This document shows, one piece after another, positions 1 through 8,948 of a stretch of 52,405 nt of DNA. This DNA comes from a virus. Its lineage: Duplodnaviria; Caudoviricetes. Location of the stretch: positions 1 to 52,405 of IMG/VR virus record IMGVR_UViG_3300021440_000028. One strand, written 5' to 3'. The notes beneath the pieces were generated by a model. The model had not been told where the DNA came from. It saw only the letters and a list, made by a program, of their open reading frames with translations, and made no database searches. Both the position numbers and the translations under genes were made by a program. Each line of letters opens with the position of its first letter. The first letter of the stretch is position 1.

Positions 1-127
1 TCTGAGGCGACGACATGGCACTGATCACCGAAGACGGCACCGCGAAGGCAGACGCCGAGAGCTACTGCAGCGTCGCCGCAGCCGATGCGCACCACGAAGC
101 TCGCGGCATGACCAACTGGGCCTCTCT
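1..127. repeat. Terminal direct repeat, left copy (circular-assembly overlap)
   Basis: 1-126 is identical to 52279-52404; only the final base differs (T127 vs A52405). The 127-nt length matches a common assembler k-mer. Confidence 0.95.
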
Positions 128-527
128 CAGCACGACGGAGAAAGAGCAGGCCCTGCGCCGAGCGACCGACTACATGACGCAGACCTACGGCCCGCTGTGG
201 GCCGGCCTGCGCTCCCTGCCGACGCAGGCGCTGGACTGGCCGCGCAGCGGTTGTCCGCGGCCCGAGATCTTCCAGGGCTTCTGGGCGCCGACCGAGATGC
301 CTCCGGCGCTGATCAAGGGCTGCGCCGAGTTGGCGCTGCGCGCGGCGGCTGGCGAGCTGCTGGGCGACCAGGGCCGCGAGGTGATCGAGCAGACGGTCGG
401 GCCGATCACCACCAAGTACGCGCAGGGCAGTCCCCAGGCGAAGCGCTACGCCGCCGTCGACGCGCTGCTGGCGCCGCTGATGCTGGCGCCGCGCGGCTCG
501 GGCGTGATGCGGATCGTGCGGGCATGA
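15..527 (+). CDS. Head-tail adaptor/connector (DnaT-like phage family)
   Basis: MALITEDGT..A.SY.SVA.AD.(H/Y) N-terminus and Q.L.WPR motif; first gene of the head-tail joining block. Confidence 0.8.
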   Translation: MALITEDGTAKADAESYCSVAAADAHHEARGMTNWASLSTTEKEQALRRATDYMTQTYGPLWAGLRSLPTQALDWPRSGCPRPEIFQGFWAPTEMPPALIKGCAELALRAAAGELLGDQGREVIEQTVGPITTKYAQGSPQAKRYAAVDALLAPLMLAPRGSGVMRIVRA

Positions 528-955
528 CCGTCATCGCCTGGGATGGCCGTACGCTGGCGGCCGACAAGCGCGCCACCTCTGGCGGCGGCATTGCGCGCAC
601 GGTCACCAAGATCGAGCGGCACGGCGCAGCCCTGATCGCCATGACCGGCTGCTGGGACACGGGCGCCGAGATGCGCGAGTGGTTCAAGGCTGGCGCCGAT
701 CCGGAGAAGTTCCCGGCCAAGGCTCGGGAGGATCGCAGCACGCTGATCGTGATCGACGGCGACGGCATCCGCACCTGGGCAATCGGCCCGCATCCGATGC
801 GAATCGAAGAACCCCGGTGCTGCTGGGGCTCCGGTCGCGACTACGCCGAGGCGGCGATGTACCTGGGCCACGATGCGCGCAAGGCCGTCGAGGTGGCGTG
901 CCACTTTCAGACGGACTGTGGCAACGGCATCGACACGCTGACGCTGGAGGGCTGA
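524..955 (+). CDS. Ntn-hydrolase / proteasome beta (HslV)-like protein
   Basis: Real start is ATG 524 (ATGA overlap). MTVIAWDG..LAADK, TKI, G and GSG motifs, with Thr directly after Met. Confidence 0.7.
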   Translation: MTVIAWDGRTLAADKRATSGGGIARTVTKIERHGAALIAMTGCWDTGAEMREWFKAGADPEKFPAKAREDRSTLIVIDGDGIRTWAIGPHPMRIEEPRCCWGSGRDYAEAAMYLGHDARKAVEVACHFQTDCGNGIDTLTLEG

Positions 956-957
956 CC

Positions 958-1341
958 ATGGCCGTCGACTACACCGCGATCGCCGCCGACACGCTGCAGG
1001 CGCTGGCCGAGGCTGGCGCCGCGGCCACGCTGACCACGCCGGGCGCTGCGACCTATGACCCAGCCACCGGCACGGCCAGCGCGACGCCGACTGACTACAG
1101 CGCCTTCGCGGTGCTGCTGCCGGCCGGCTCCATGAAGGGCGCGGGCCTTGTCTTCGCGCAGGACGTGACGCAGCGCGCGCAGGCCTGGGCGCTGGTGGCG
1201 GCTTCCGGTCTGGCCGCCACGCCAACGCCCGGCTGCATCCTGACCATCGCCGGCACGCGCTACACCGTGATCGGCGCCGATACGCTGCGCCCGAACGGCA
1301 GCACCGCGGTCCTGCACGGCCTGGCTCTGGTGATCGGCTGA
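958..1341 (+). CDS. Head closure / head-tail adaptor protein
   Basis: ATG 958 after a GGAGG RBS; YDPATG motif; synteny. Confidence 0.7.
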   Translation: MAVDYTAIAADTLQALAEAGAAATLTTPGAATYDPATGTASATPTDYSAFAVLLPAGSMKGAGLVFAQDVTQRAQAWALVAASGLAATPTPGCILTIAGTRYTVIGADTLRPNGSTAVLHGLALVIG

Positions 1342-1775
1342 TGGCCCGCGCTCCGTTCGTTGGGCCGCCGCGCCGCGGGTCGTTTGCCCTGCAGATCGGC
1401 GCATGGTCCGACAAGGCGAAGGCCAATGCCGACCAGATCACGCGCAAGCTGGTACTTGAGATCGCCAAGAGCGTGATCCTGAAGTCGCCGGTGGACACCG
1501 GCCGATTCCGCAACAACTGGAACACCAGCTACGGCACGCCGGTGCAGACGATCAGCGACACCGCGGACAAGAGCGGGGCCGGCGCCATCGCCCGCGCCAC
1601 AGCCGTCGCCATGTCGTTCCCGATGGGGCAGACGGTGTGGGTGTGCAACGCGCTTCCCTATGCGCTGCCGCTGGAGTACGGGCACAGCCAGCAAGCGCCC
1701 GCCGGAATGGTCCGGCTCACGCAAGCCGAGTTCCAGGCCAAGGTTGCAGAGATCGCGGCGCAGGTCGCGCGGTAA
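1341..1775 (+). CDS. Neck/tail completion protein (HK97 gp10-like)
   Basis: SPVDTGRFRNNW and N.LPYA..LEYGHS.QAPAGMVR motifs. Confidence 0.85.
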   Translation: MARAPFVGPPRRGSFALQIGAWSDKAKANADQITRKLVLEIAKSVILKSPVDTGRFRNNWNTSYGTPVQTISDTADKSGAGAIARATAVAMSFPMGQTVWVCNALPYALPLEYGHSQQAPAGMVRLTQAEFQAKVAEIAAQVAR

Positions 1776-1787
1776 GGCGGTGACGCA

Positions 1788-2195
1788 ATGAGCATCCGAA
1801 GCATCCGCGCCGCCCTGGAGGTGGCCCTCAACGCCGTCAGCCCGTCGCTGTCGACCCAGTTCGAGAACGTGCCCTTCACGCCGGTGCAGGGCACGGCCTA
1901 CCAGCGCGTGAACCTGCTGCGCGGCACGTCGGAGAACCCGGCGCTGGGTGCCAGCATGTCGCGCGAGGTCGGCATCCTGCAGGTGACGCTCTGCTACCCG
2001 CTGGGCGCCGGCCCGCAAGCCGCAGAGGACCGCGCCGAACTGCTGCGCTCCACCTTCGCCCGCGGCGCGTCATTCACCGCTGGCGGCGTCACGGTGCACA
2101 TCACCGGCACGACCAGCGTCGGCCCGGCCTACGTCGAAGCCGACCGCTACTGCATCCCCGTCAGCGTGCGGTATCACGCGAACGTCTTCGGCTGA
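1788..2195 (+). CDS. Tail terminator-like protein (DUF4128-like)
   Basis: FENVPFTP, GILQV..YP.G.G and F.RG motifs; lies immediately before the tail tube gene. Confidence 0.8.
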   Translation: MSIRSIRAALEVALNAVSPSLSTQFENVPFTPVQGTAYQRVNLLRGTSENPALGASMSREVGILQVTLCYPLGAGPQAAEDRAELLRSTFARGASFTAGGVTVHITGTTSVGPAYVEADRYCIPVSVRYHANVFG

Positions 2196-2222
2196 CCGGC
2201 GCGGGCCGGCAGCAGCTTCCTG

Positions 2223-2248
2223 GCCGCCTTCTGGCGGCTTTCGTGTTT
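2223..2248 (+). terminator. Putative intrinsic terminator/hairpin
   Basis: GCCGCC-TTCT-GGCGGC followed by TTTCGTGTTT. Confidence 0.4.
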
Positions 2249-2282
2249 CTGGGCCGCGGCCCATCGTTGAAAGGGCGCCATC

Positions 2283-3503
2283 ATGGCCATCGCTGAACTC
2301 GCCACTCGCAAGATCACTTTCGCCAAGCAGAGCGGCCTCGGCTCGCTGGCGAGCACCAGCGCCGGCCTGGCGCTGAACTACCGGCCGTCGACCACGATGG
2401 GCCTGTCGAAGGAGTCGTTCACCTCCGACAGCATCCGCACCGACCAGCAGCGCGCAAACCCGCGGCACGGTCTGCGCCGCGGCACGGCCAGCATCGACCA
2501 AGAGCTGCAGATGGCCGGCCACAAGGAGCTGATGGCCGCCGCTCTGCGCGGTTCGTGGGCCAGCACCATCACGACCGGCGCCCTGACCACGATCGGCATC
2601 AACAGCAGCACCCGCACCATCAGCCGCGCATCGGGCAGCTTCGTGACCGACGGCTTCTGCGTGGGCGACATCGTGCGTGCCAGCGGCTTCGCGGCCACCG
2701 CCAACAACGGGAGGAACTTCCGCCTGGCCACCGTCTCCGCGCTGTCGATGACCTACCACGCCGACACCTGGCTCACCGGCATCACGACCGAGTCGGCCGG
2801 CGCCAGCGTCACCATCAGCGTCCCCGGCAAGAAGCTGCAGACGCCGGCCAGCAGCCACACGAAGGACTACTTCACGATCGACGACTGGCACTCTGACGTC
2901 AGCAACCAGACGACCATCAAGGACGCGGTGGTCAACACCATGTCGCTGGACATCGCCCCGGGCGCGCACGCGCAGGTCAGCTTCGGCCTGATCGGCACCG
3001 ATGCCACGCCGACCGGCTCGTCGCAGTACTTCACCAGCGGCAGCATCACCGCGGCGCCGACCGGCGCGCTGCTGGCCGGACCGAACGGTCTGCTGCGCTA
3101 CAACGGCGCCGACTCGGCGGTCGTGCAGCAACTGCAGATCAACCTGGACAGCGGCGCCGACGTGCGCGCGGTCATCGGCGCCAACAAGTCGCCCGACGTC
3201 TTCCGCGAGTCGATCACGATCACCGGCAGCCTGCAGGCGCTGTTCGACAACGCGGCGACCGGCCCGCTGGTGACCTTCGACGCCGAGACGGAGGCCGCGC
3301 TCTACGTCTACCTGTTCGCCGACAGCACCGCGAGCAGCGAGTTCATCATCATCAAGCTGCCCAGCGTGAAGATGATGGGCGCCGACAAGTCGGCCGACGG
3401 CCCGGCCATGCAGCTCAGCGGCAACCTGTCCGCCGGCAGGCTGGCCAGCGGCACGGCGCAGGAGACGACCAGCATCGTCATCGTCGACTCGCTGATGGCC
3501 TGA
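2283..3503 (+). CDS. Major tail tube protein
   Basis: 406 aa, Ser/Thr-rich; L.K.SF.S..IR.D.Q motif; lies between the terminator and chaperone genes. Confidence 0.85.
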   Translation: MAIAELATRKITFAKQSGLGSLASTSAGLALNYRPSTTMGLSKESFTSDSIRTDQQRANPRHGLRRGTASIDQELQMAGHKELMAAALRGSWASTITTGALTTIGINSSTRTISRASGSFVTDGFCVGDIVRASGFAATANNGRNFRLATVSALSMTYHADTWLTGITTESAGASVTISVPGKKLQTPASSHTKDYFTIDDWHSDVSNQTTIKDAVVNTMSLDIAPGAHAQVSFGLIGTDATPTGSSQYFTSGSITAAPTGALLAGPNGLLRYNGADSAVVQQLQINLDSGADVRAVIGANKSPDVFRESITITGSLQALFDNAATGPLVTFDAETEAALYVYLFADSTASSEFIIIKLPSVKMMGADKSADGPAMQLSGNLSAGRLASGTAQETTSIVIVDSLMA

Positions 3504-3508
3504 TCGGC

Positions 3509-3964
3509 ATGGACGACCTGATCAGCTTGGACCTCAACGCGGCGGCCAACGCTGGCGCGTGGATGGAGGTCGTGCACCCGGTCACCGCCATGCCGATCGG
3601 CCTGCGGATCAAGCTGGTGGGAACCGACAGCGACCGCTTCCGCGCCATGATCGAGCAGCAGCAGCGCGAGCGCCTGGAGGCTGTGCGCGCACAGCAGCCG
3701 ATGACGGCCGATCCGGCGGCCCAGCAGCGCGAGCGTGAGCTGCAGACCCTGGCGGCCTGCACCGTGGCCTGGGAAGGCTACGACGCAAAGGTGCAGCCGG
3801 CTGTGCAGGCCGGCGCCGGTGATCCGCACCTGCTCATGGGCGGCGAGAAGCTGTCCTGCACTCCCGAGGCTGTCCGCAAGGTCTACAGCCATCCGGGCAT
3901 GCGGTGGCTGCGCGACCAGGCCGAGAACTTCGTCGGCACACGGGCAAATTTTCTGCGGCCCTGA
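3509..3964 (+). CDS. Tail assembly chaperone (gpG-like)
   Basis: HPVT..P.G.RI.L.G.DSD motif; ends ANF on the slippery heptamer; synteny. Confidence 0.8.
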   Translation: MDDLISLDLNAAANAGAWMEVVHPVTAMPIGLRIKLVGTDSDRFRAMIEQQQRERLEAVRAQQPMTADPAAQQRERELQTLAACTVAWEGYDAKVQPAVQAGAGDPHLLMGGEKLSCTPEAVRKVYSHPGMRWLRDQAENFVGTRANFLRP

Positions 3965-4350
3965 TCGACGGGTTGTGCGCGCACGTCGCCCACTGGGCGC
4001 GCACGCACCTGCCCGACGAGAAGGGCATAACGAAGGCCCGGCAGTGGGCGCTGTTCGCGCAGCGCACCGGCAAGCGGCACCCCGACCTTGATGGACCCGA
4101 GCCGCATCCGGCGGCCCGCTACATCATGGACTGGTGGCGCGAGTTGCACCGGGCGCGCGCTGCTGGCGCTGGCGGCCCTGCGCCGATCGGCTTCGTCGAC
4201 ATCGATGCCTGGGCCCGCCTGACCGGCAGGCGCCCGACGGCCCTGGAGATCGCGGGAATTCGCGCGATGGACGACGCCTTCCTGTCGGCCGTCGGCGATG
4301 AGCTGGCCAAGCGCCGCGAGATCCAGGCCGCGAAGGAGAAGCGCACATGA
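3946..4350 (+). CDS. Tail assembly chaperone gpT part, reached by -1 programmed frameshift
   Basis: A_AAT_TTT heptamer at 3946-3952; the -1 frame is open to 4350 and has the PI...DIDAWARLTG motif. Confidence 0.75.
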   Translation, partial: KFSAALIDGLCAHVAHWARTHLPDEKGITKARQWALFAQRTGKRHPDLDGPEPHPAARYIMDWWRELHRARAAGAGGPAPIGFVDIDAWARLTGRRPTALEIAGIRAMDDAFLSAVGDELAKRREIQAAKEKRT

Positions 4351-6785
4351 CGACAGACATCGCAACGCTGGCGCTGGCGGTAGAAACCTCCGGCGTCAAG
4401 CAGGGCGCCAAAGCACTGGACGAACTCACCGACGCTGGCGCGACGGCCGAGAAGTCGGCGCGCAAGTTGTCCGGCGCGTGGCAAGCCCTCATGGCCGACA
4501 CATCGTCCATCAGCGGCGGCATCGGTCAGCTGGTGGCGCTCCAGCAGCAGAGCAACGCCATGCAGGCGCAGATGCTCACCCTTGCCCACGCAACCAAGCA
4601 AGTGGCCGCCGCCGAAACAGAGGCAGCAGTTGTCCGCGAGCGTGTGGTCACCCGGACCAAGACTGCCGCCAAGGAGACGGCCGACCTGGGAGCCGCCACC
4701 AAGCTGACCGCCTTCCAGACGCAGCAGCTCAGCTACCAGCTCAACGACTTCTTCGTGCAGGTCGCCAGCGGTGGCAGCCCGCTGACCGCGCTGGTGCAGC
4801 AGGGCTCGCAGCTCAACGGCACCTTCGGCGGCGTGGGCGGCACGATCAGCGCCATCACCAGCCTGATCACGCCGTTCCGGCTGGCCATCGGTGGCGCGGC
4901 AGGCGTCGTGGCTGCGCTGGGACTGGCCTACAGCCGGGGCAGTGACGAGCAGGATGCGTTCGCCAAGTCGATCATCCTGACGGGCAACGCAGCCGGCGTG
5001 ACAGTTGGCCAGCTCAACGAGATGGCGAAGGCTGTCGCGGGTGGCATCGGCACGCAGGCCAGGGCGGCCGAGGTGCTGGCGCAGATGGCCGGCTCCGGGC
5101 AGATCGCCGGCGCGCACCTTCAGGCCCTCACCGATGCCGCGCTGCGCTTCGAGCGGGCAGGTGGCCAGGCCGTCGAGGACACCGTGAAGCAGTTCGCGGC
5201 GCTGGGCAAGAACCCGGTGCAGGCCGCCGTGCAGCTCAACGAGGCGACCAACTTCCTCACGCGCTCGCTGTACGACCAGATCAAGGCCCTGGACTCGCAG
5301 GGCAAGTCGGCAGAGGCGGCTGCGGTCGCCCAGCAGGCCTACGCCCAGACGATCGCATCGCGTGCGTCCGACCTGGAAGGTCGGCTGGGTCTGCTGGAGC
5401 GCGGGTGGAAATCGGTCGGCGAGGCTGCTGCTTTCGCGTGGGACCGCATGCTCAACATCGGCCGGCCCGGCACGTTGCAGGAGCAATTGGCCGCAGCCGA
5501 GCAGCAGCTCGCCGCCGCCGGATCTCCCAGGGCCGGGTCGAACCCGCTCCAAGGCGATGCCCGACGCCAGGCCATCAAGCAGCGCATCTCCGACTTGCAG
5601 ATGCAGATCTACATGGAAGGAGAGGCCGCCGCCGCGCAGCAGGCATCCGCCGAGGGCGTCAAGAAGTACATCGCCGAGCAGAGCAAGGCGAAGCAGGCCG
5701 GCATCAGCGAGTACCAGCGCGAAGCCGATGCACTGCGCGAGCGCATGGCGCTGGTCGGCATGAACTCCGAAGCCGACAAGGTGGCGACCGAGATCACGCT
5801 CGGCAAGTACGGCAAGCTGACGCCCGGCCAGGCCGCCGAGCTGCAGGCGCTGGCCGCCGAGATCGACCGCCGGCAGAAGGTGGTCGACCTGGAAAAGGAG
5901 CAGGCGAAGGCTAGGCAGGACCAGTCGAAGCTGGCGTCCGATGCGCTGATGAAGTCTTTCGCCGAGACCGACAAGCTGCGCGACAAGAACACCGCGATGC
6001 GCGAGGAGATCGAACTCATCGGGCAGGACGAGAACGCCAAGGCGGCGATTGAGCGCGCCCGAGTCAGCAGCGCGCGGGCCATCCTGGAAGAGCGGCAGGC
6101 CCTGCTGGCGGTCACCGAGGCCAACGAGACCGAGCGGGCCATCCTGCAGCAGCAGATCGACCTGCTGCGCGAGCGCGAGGAACTGATCACCCGCCGGCAG
6201 GACCTGAAGAACTTCTACGAGCCCGCCAAAGACCTGCCGAAGGACGCCGCTAGTCAGACCTACACCGACGTGCGCGACGCGCTGGCCCGCGCCTTCCAGG
6301 ACACGAAGAACCCGGTCAAGGCGTTCGCCGAAGGTCTGGGCAACGCCATCTTCAGCCGCGTGACCAGCCGGCTGGCTGATGCGCTGGCGACGCAGCTTGT
6401 CGGCACCAGCGGCAACGGCGGGCTGTTCGGCTCGCTGCTGAGCGCGGCCGGCAACCTCCTGAGCGGCGGCGTGCCGTCCGGCGGCACCACCGGCGACTTC
6501 GCGCGCTTCGACCGCAGCCTGCCGATGGCCACGGGCACGAACTACGTGCCCTATGACGGGCTGAAGGCGACGCTGCACGAGGGCGAGGCGGTGCTGCCGA
6601 AGCGGTACAACCCGGCGGCCGGTGGCAGCCCGACAGGCGGCTCGCGTGTGGTCCTGAACTACGCGCCGAACGTGCGCATCGACAGCCGCACCGACCAGGC
6701 CCAGGTGCATGCGCTGGTGGCACAGGCGAACGCTGAAGGACAGCGCCAGATGATGGAAGAACTCCACCGGATGGGGGTCGCATGA
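4347..6785 (+). CDS. Tail tape measure protein (lambda-type)
   Basis: 812 aa, Ala/Gln-rich; QL.D..VQ.ASG.SP.TALVQQGSQL motif; C-terminal ATGTNYVPYDG..A.LHEGEAV.P motif. Confidence 0.92.
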   Translation: MTTDIATLALAVETSGVKQGAKALDELTDAGATAEKSARKLSGAWQALMADTSSISGGIGQLVALQQQSNAMQAQMLTLAHATKQVAAAETEAAVVRERVVTRTKTAAKETADLGAATKLTAFQTQQLSYQLNDFFVQVASGGSPLTALVQQGSQLNGTFGGVGGTISAITSLITPFRLAIGGAAGVVAALGLAYSRGSDEQDAFAKSIILTGNAAGVTVGQLNEMAKAVAGGIGTQARAAEVLAQMAGSGQIAGAHLQALTDAALRFERAGGQAVEDTVKQFAALGKNPVQAAVQLNEATNFLTRSLYDQIKALDSQGKSAEAAAVAQQAYAQTIASRASDLEGRLGLLERGWKSVGEAAAFAWDRMLNIGRPGTLQEQLAAAEQQLAAAGSPRAGSNPLQGDARRQAIKQRISDLQMQIYMEGEAAAAQQASAEGVKKYIAEQSKAKQAGISEYQREADALRERMALVGMNSEADKVATEITLGKYGKLTPGQAAELQALAAEIDRRQKVVDLEKEQAKARQDQSKLASDALMKSFAETDKLRDKNTAMREEIELIGQDENAKAAIERARVSSARAILEERQALLAVTEANETERAILQQQIDLLREREELITRRQDLKNFYEPAKDLPKDAASQTYTDVRDALARAFQDTKNPVKAFAEGLGNAIFSRVTSRLADALATQLVGTSGNGGLFGSLLSAAGNLLSGGVPSGGTTGDFARFDRSLPMATGTNYVPYDGLKATLHEGEAVLPKRYNPAAGGSPTGGSRVVLNYAPNVRIDSRTDQAQVHALVAQANAEGQRQMMEELHRMGVA

Positions 6786-7939
6786 GCATCATCACGCCAT
6801 CCGACACCGCGCTGGCCTACCTGGCCGAGTTGACCATCGGCCAGCAGCGCTTCGACATCAGCGAGCAGAGCGACAGCACCGGCCACACCGCGACGCGGCT
6901 GGGCGGCCCGCCGCGGTGGACTGCGGCGCTGCGCACGCTGGATGCGCTGGAGCCGGCCGTCGCAGCGCTGTGGAAGGCCATCGCGGTCCAGCTGCGCGGC
7001 CGGGTCAACCACTTGGCGCTCTACGACGTGGCGCAACCGCAGCCCCGCGGCACGGCGCGCGGCTCCATCACGCTGGCGTCGACCGCGGCGGCCGGCGCTG
7101 TGTCGCTGGCCCTGGCTGGCTGCATGCCGTCGAACCAGCTGTTCACCTACCACCAGACGCTGGACAACGCGGCATGGTCGAAGGTCGGCGCGACGATCAC
7201 GGCCAACGGCCTGACCGCTCCGGACGGCTCGGCGACGGGCGACACGCTGGTCGAGGACACCAGCACCGGCGGACACTACATCGCCAGGTCGGTGTCCGTC
7301 GTGTCGGGAAACTTCTACACGCTGAGCGCCTATGTCAAGGCGGGCGTCGGAACTCGCTATGCGCGTCTTTTGCTGCCGGCGTCGTCTTTCGGCGGCAATA
7401 AAGGGATCGTCGTCAACCTGTCGACCGGTGCGATCCTGAGTAACACAGGTGGCGTCGCGGCGGCGTCCACCGATGCCGGCAACGGATGGTGGAGGATTTC
7501 TGCTGGCGCAACGGCGACGGCAACGACCTCCACGTTTCCTCAGATTGGAAGCCAGGCAACCACTTCGTTTGCTGCAAGTCACACCGGAGACGGCGTCAGT
7601 TCCATCGGCATCTGGGGCGTGCAGCTGGAGATCGGCGCGCTGACCGACTACCAGGGCAACGCGACGCTCCTGGCCGGCGACATGCTGCAGGTCAGCACCG
7701 GCGTCGGCTCGCACCTGTGCATGGTCACCGCGAACGCGACAGCCGACGGTTCCGGCGCCATGACGGTCAGCATCGAGCCGCCTCTGCGCAAGCAGTTCAC
7801 CAGCAGCACCGCGGTCGCCTGGGACAAGCCGCTCGGCCACTTCAAGCAGCGGCCCGACGCAGTGAACTGGTCTGGCGTGGCTGGCGGCACCGGCGCGGGC
7901 GGCTTCGCCTTCGACCTGATTGAGGACTGGAGCGCCTGA
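6782..7939 (+). CDS. Distal tail (Dit-like) protein with an inserted beta-rich putative carbohydrate-binding domain
   Basis: Follows the tape measure gene; GGP.RW N-terminus and V.IEPPLR C-terminus; central NAAW..APDG..GNGWWRI..WG.QLE insert. Confidence 0.65.
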   Translation: MSIITPSDTALAYLAELTIGQQRFDISEQSDSTGHTATRLGGPPRWTAALRTLDALEPAVAALWKAIAVQLRGRVNHLALYDVAQPQPRGTARGSITLASTAAAGAVSLALAGCMPSNQLFTYHQTLDNAAWSKVGATITANGLTAPDGSATGDTLVEDTSTGGHYIARSVSVVSGNFYTLSAYVKAGVGTRYARLLLPASSFGGNKGIVVNLSTGAILSNTGGVAAASTDAGNGWWRISAGATATATTSTFPQIGSQATTSFAASHTGDGVSSIGIWGVQLEIGALTDYQGNATLLAGDMLQVSTGVGSHLCMVTANATADGSGAMTVSIEPPLRKQFTSSTAVAWDKPLGHFKQRPDAVNWSGVAGGTGAGGFAFDLIEDWSA

Positions 7940-8535
7940 TGCTGACGCTGGACAGCAGCGCGCAGGCGCAGATCGAGGCGAACGTCCGCGGCGTGCAGTG
8001 GCTGGTGTCGCTGGACTTCGCCGGCGGACTGGTGCGCTACACGACGAACGCCGTCGATATCGACTCGGGCGGCAACACCTGGTCTGGCTTCGGCTCGCTG
8101 GTCAGCGTGGAAGGCGTGCGCGAGTCGGAAGACGGCTCACCGGGCGACGTGACGCTCGGCCTGGCACTGACCAGCACCGCGATGCTGGCCGCGGCGATTG
8201 GCAACGTCGAGAACTACCGCAACCGGGCTGTTCGCATGTACCTGCAGCTGATCGGCCCCGACTTCCAGCCTGTCGGCGCCGCGGTGGCGCGCTGGGCCGG
8301 CTACATGAGCAAGGTACGCATCCGCCGCAGCACCAGCAAGGACGGCAGCAGCAGCGGGCGCATCGAGATGATCTGCACCCGCGCCGGCGCCAACCGGTCA
8401 CGCGCGGCGACGGGCCTGCGCCACACGCACGCGCAGCACGTGGTCCGTTTCCCTGGTGACAACGGCTTCGAGTACGTGCAGACGCTGATCGACACGCCGG
8501 CCGTCTGGCTGACAAAGCGCTTCCAGCAGAAGTGA
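7939..8535 (+). CDS. Minor tail protein / baseplate hub-like
   Basis: W.G.G.L.SV and FPGD.GFEYV motifs; synteny. Confidence 0.65.
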   Translation: MLTLDSSAQAQIEANVRGVQWLVSLDFAGGLVRYTTNAVDIDSGGNTWSGFGSLVSVEGVRESEDGSPGDVTLGLALTSTAMLAAAIGNVENYRNRAVRMYLQLIGPDFQPVGAAVARWAGYMSKVRIRRSTSKDGSSSGRIEMICTRAGANRSRAATGLRHTHAQHVVRFPGDNGFEYVQTLIDTPAVWLTKRFQQK

Positions 8536-8948
8536 ACATGGCGCGCTCTATCGCATCCCGGCTGGCCGAGTACCTAGCCGGCGGCCATCGCTTTGACTGG
8601 TCCGACAGCAACTGCGCGCAGTTCGCCTCCGGCTGGGTCCGTGCGGTCGAAGGCCGGGCAGTCGCTGCGCCGTCGCTGCGCGACTTGGCGCATTCGCGCC
8701 GCGTGCTGGCCAGGCTGGGCGGCACCCTGCGCGCTGCCGTGACCGCCGAGCTGGCGCGCGATCCTGTGCCGCCTTCCATGGCGCGGCCCGGCGACGTGGT
8801 GCTGGTCGAGCGCGACGGCGGCCAGACGTTGGGTCTGTGCGCCGGCCAGACAGCTGCAGTCCTGACAGCGGCCGGCGTCTCCAATCTCCCCATGCAGGCG
8901 GCTTCGGCGGCCTGGCACATCGAGCCCGCAGCATGCGCAACCGCCTGA
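8532..8948 (+). CDS. Tail tip assembly protein, NlpC/P60-like (DUF6950-like)
   Basis: FDW..NC..FA and ARPGDVVL motifs; lies before the J-like gene. Confidence 0.7.
   Translation: MNMARSIASRLAEYLAGGHRFDWSDSNCAQFASGWVRAVEGRAVAAPSLRDLAHSRRVLARLGGTLRAAVTAELARDPVPPSMARPGDVVLVERDGGQTLGLCAGQTAAVLTAAGVSNLPMQAASAAWHIEPAACATA

Noticed and set aside
4119-6767. Long antisense ORFs (also 24597-26399, 41811-43202, 45553-47634 and others)
   Set aside because: These are shadow ORFs of real genes in high-GC DNA, with no motifs or RBS.
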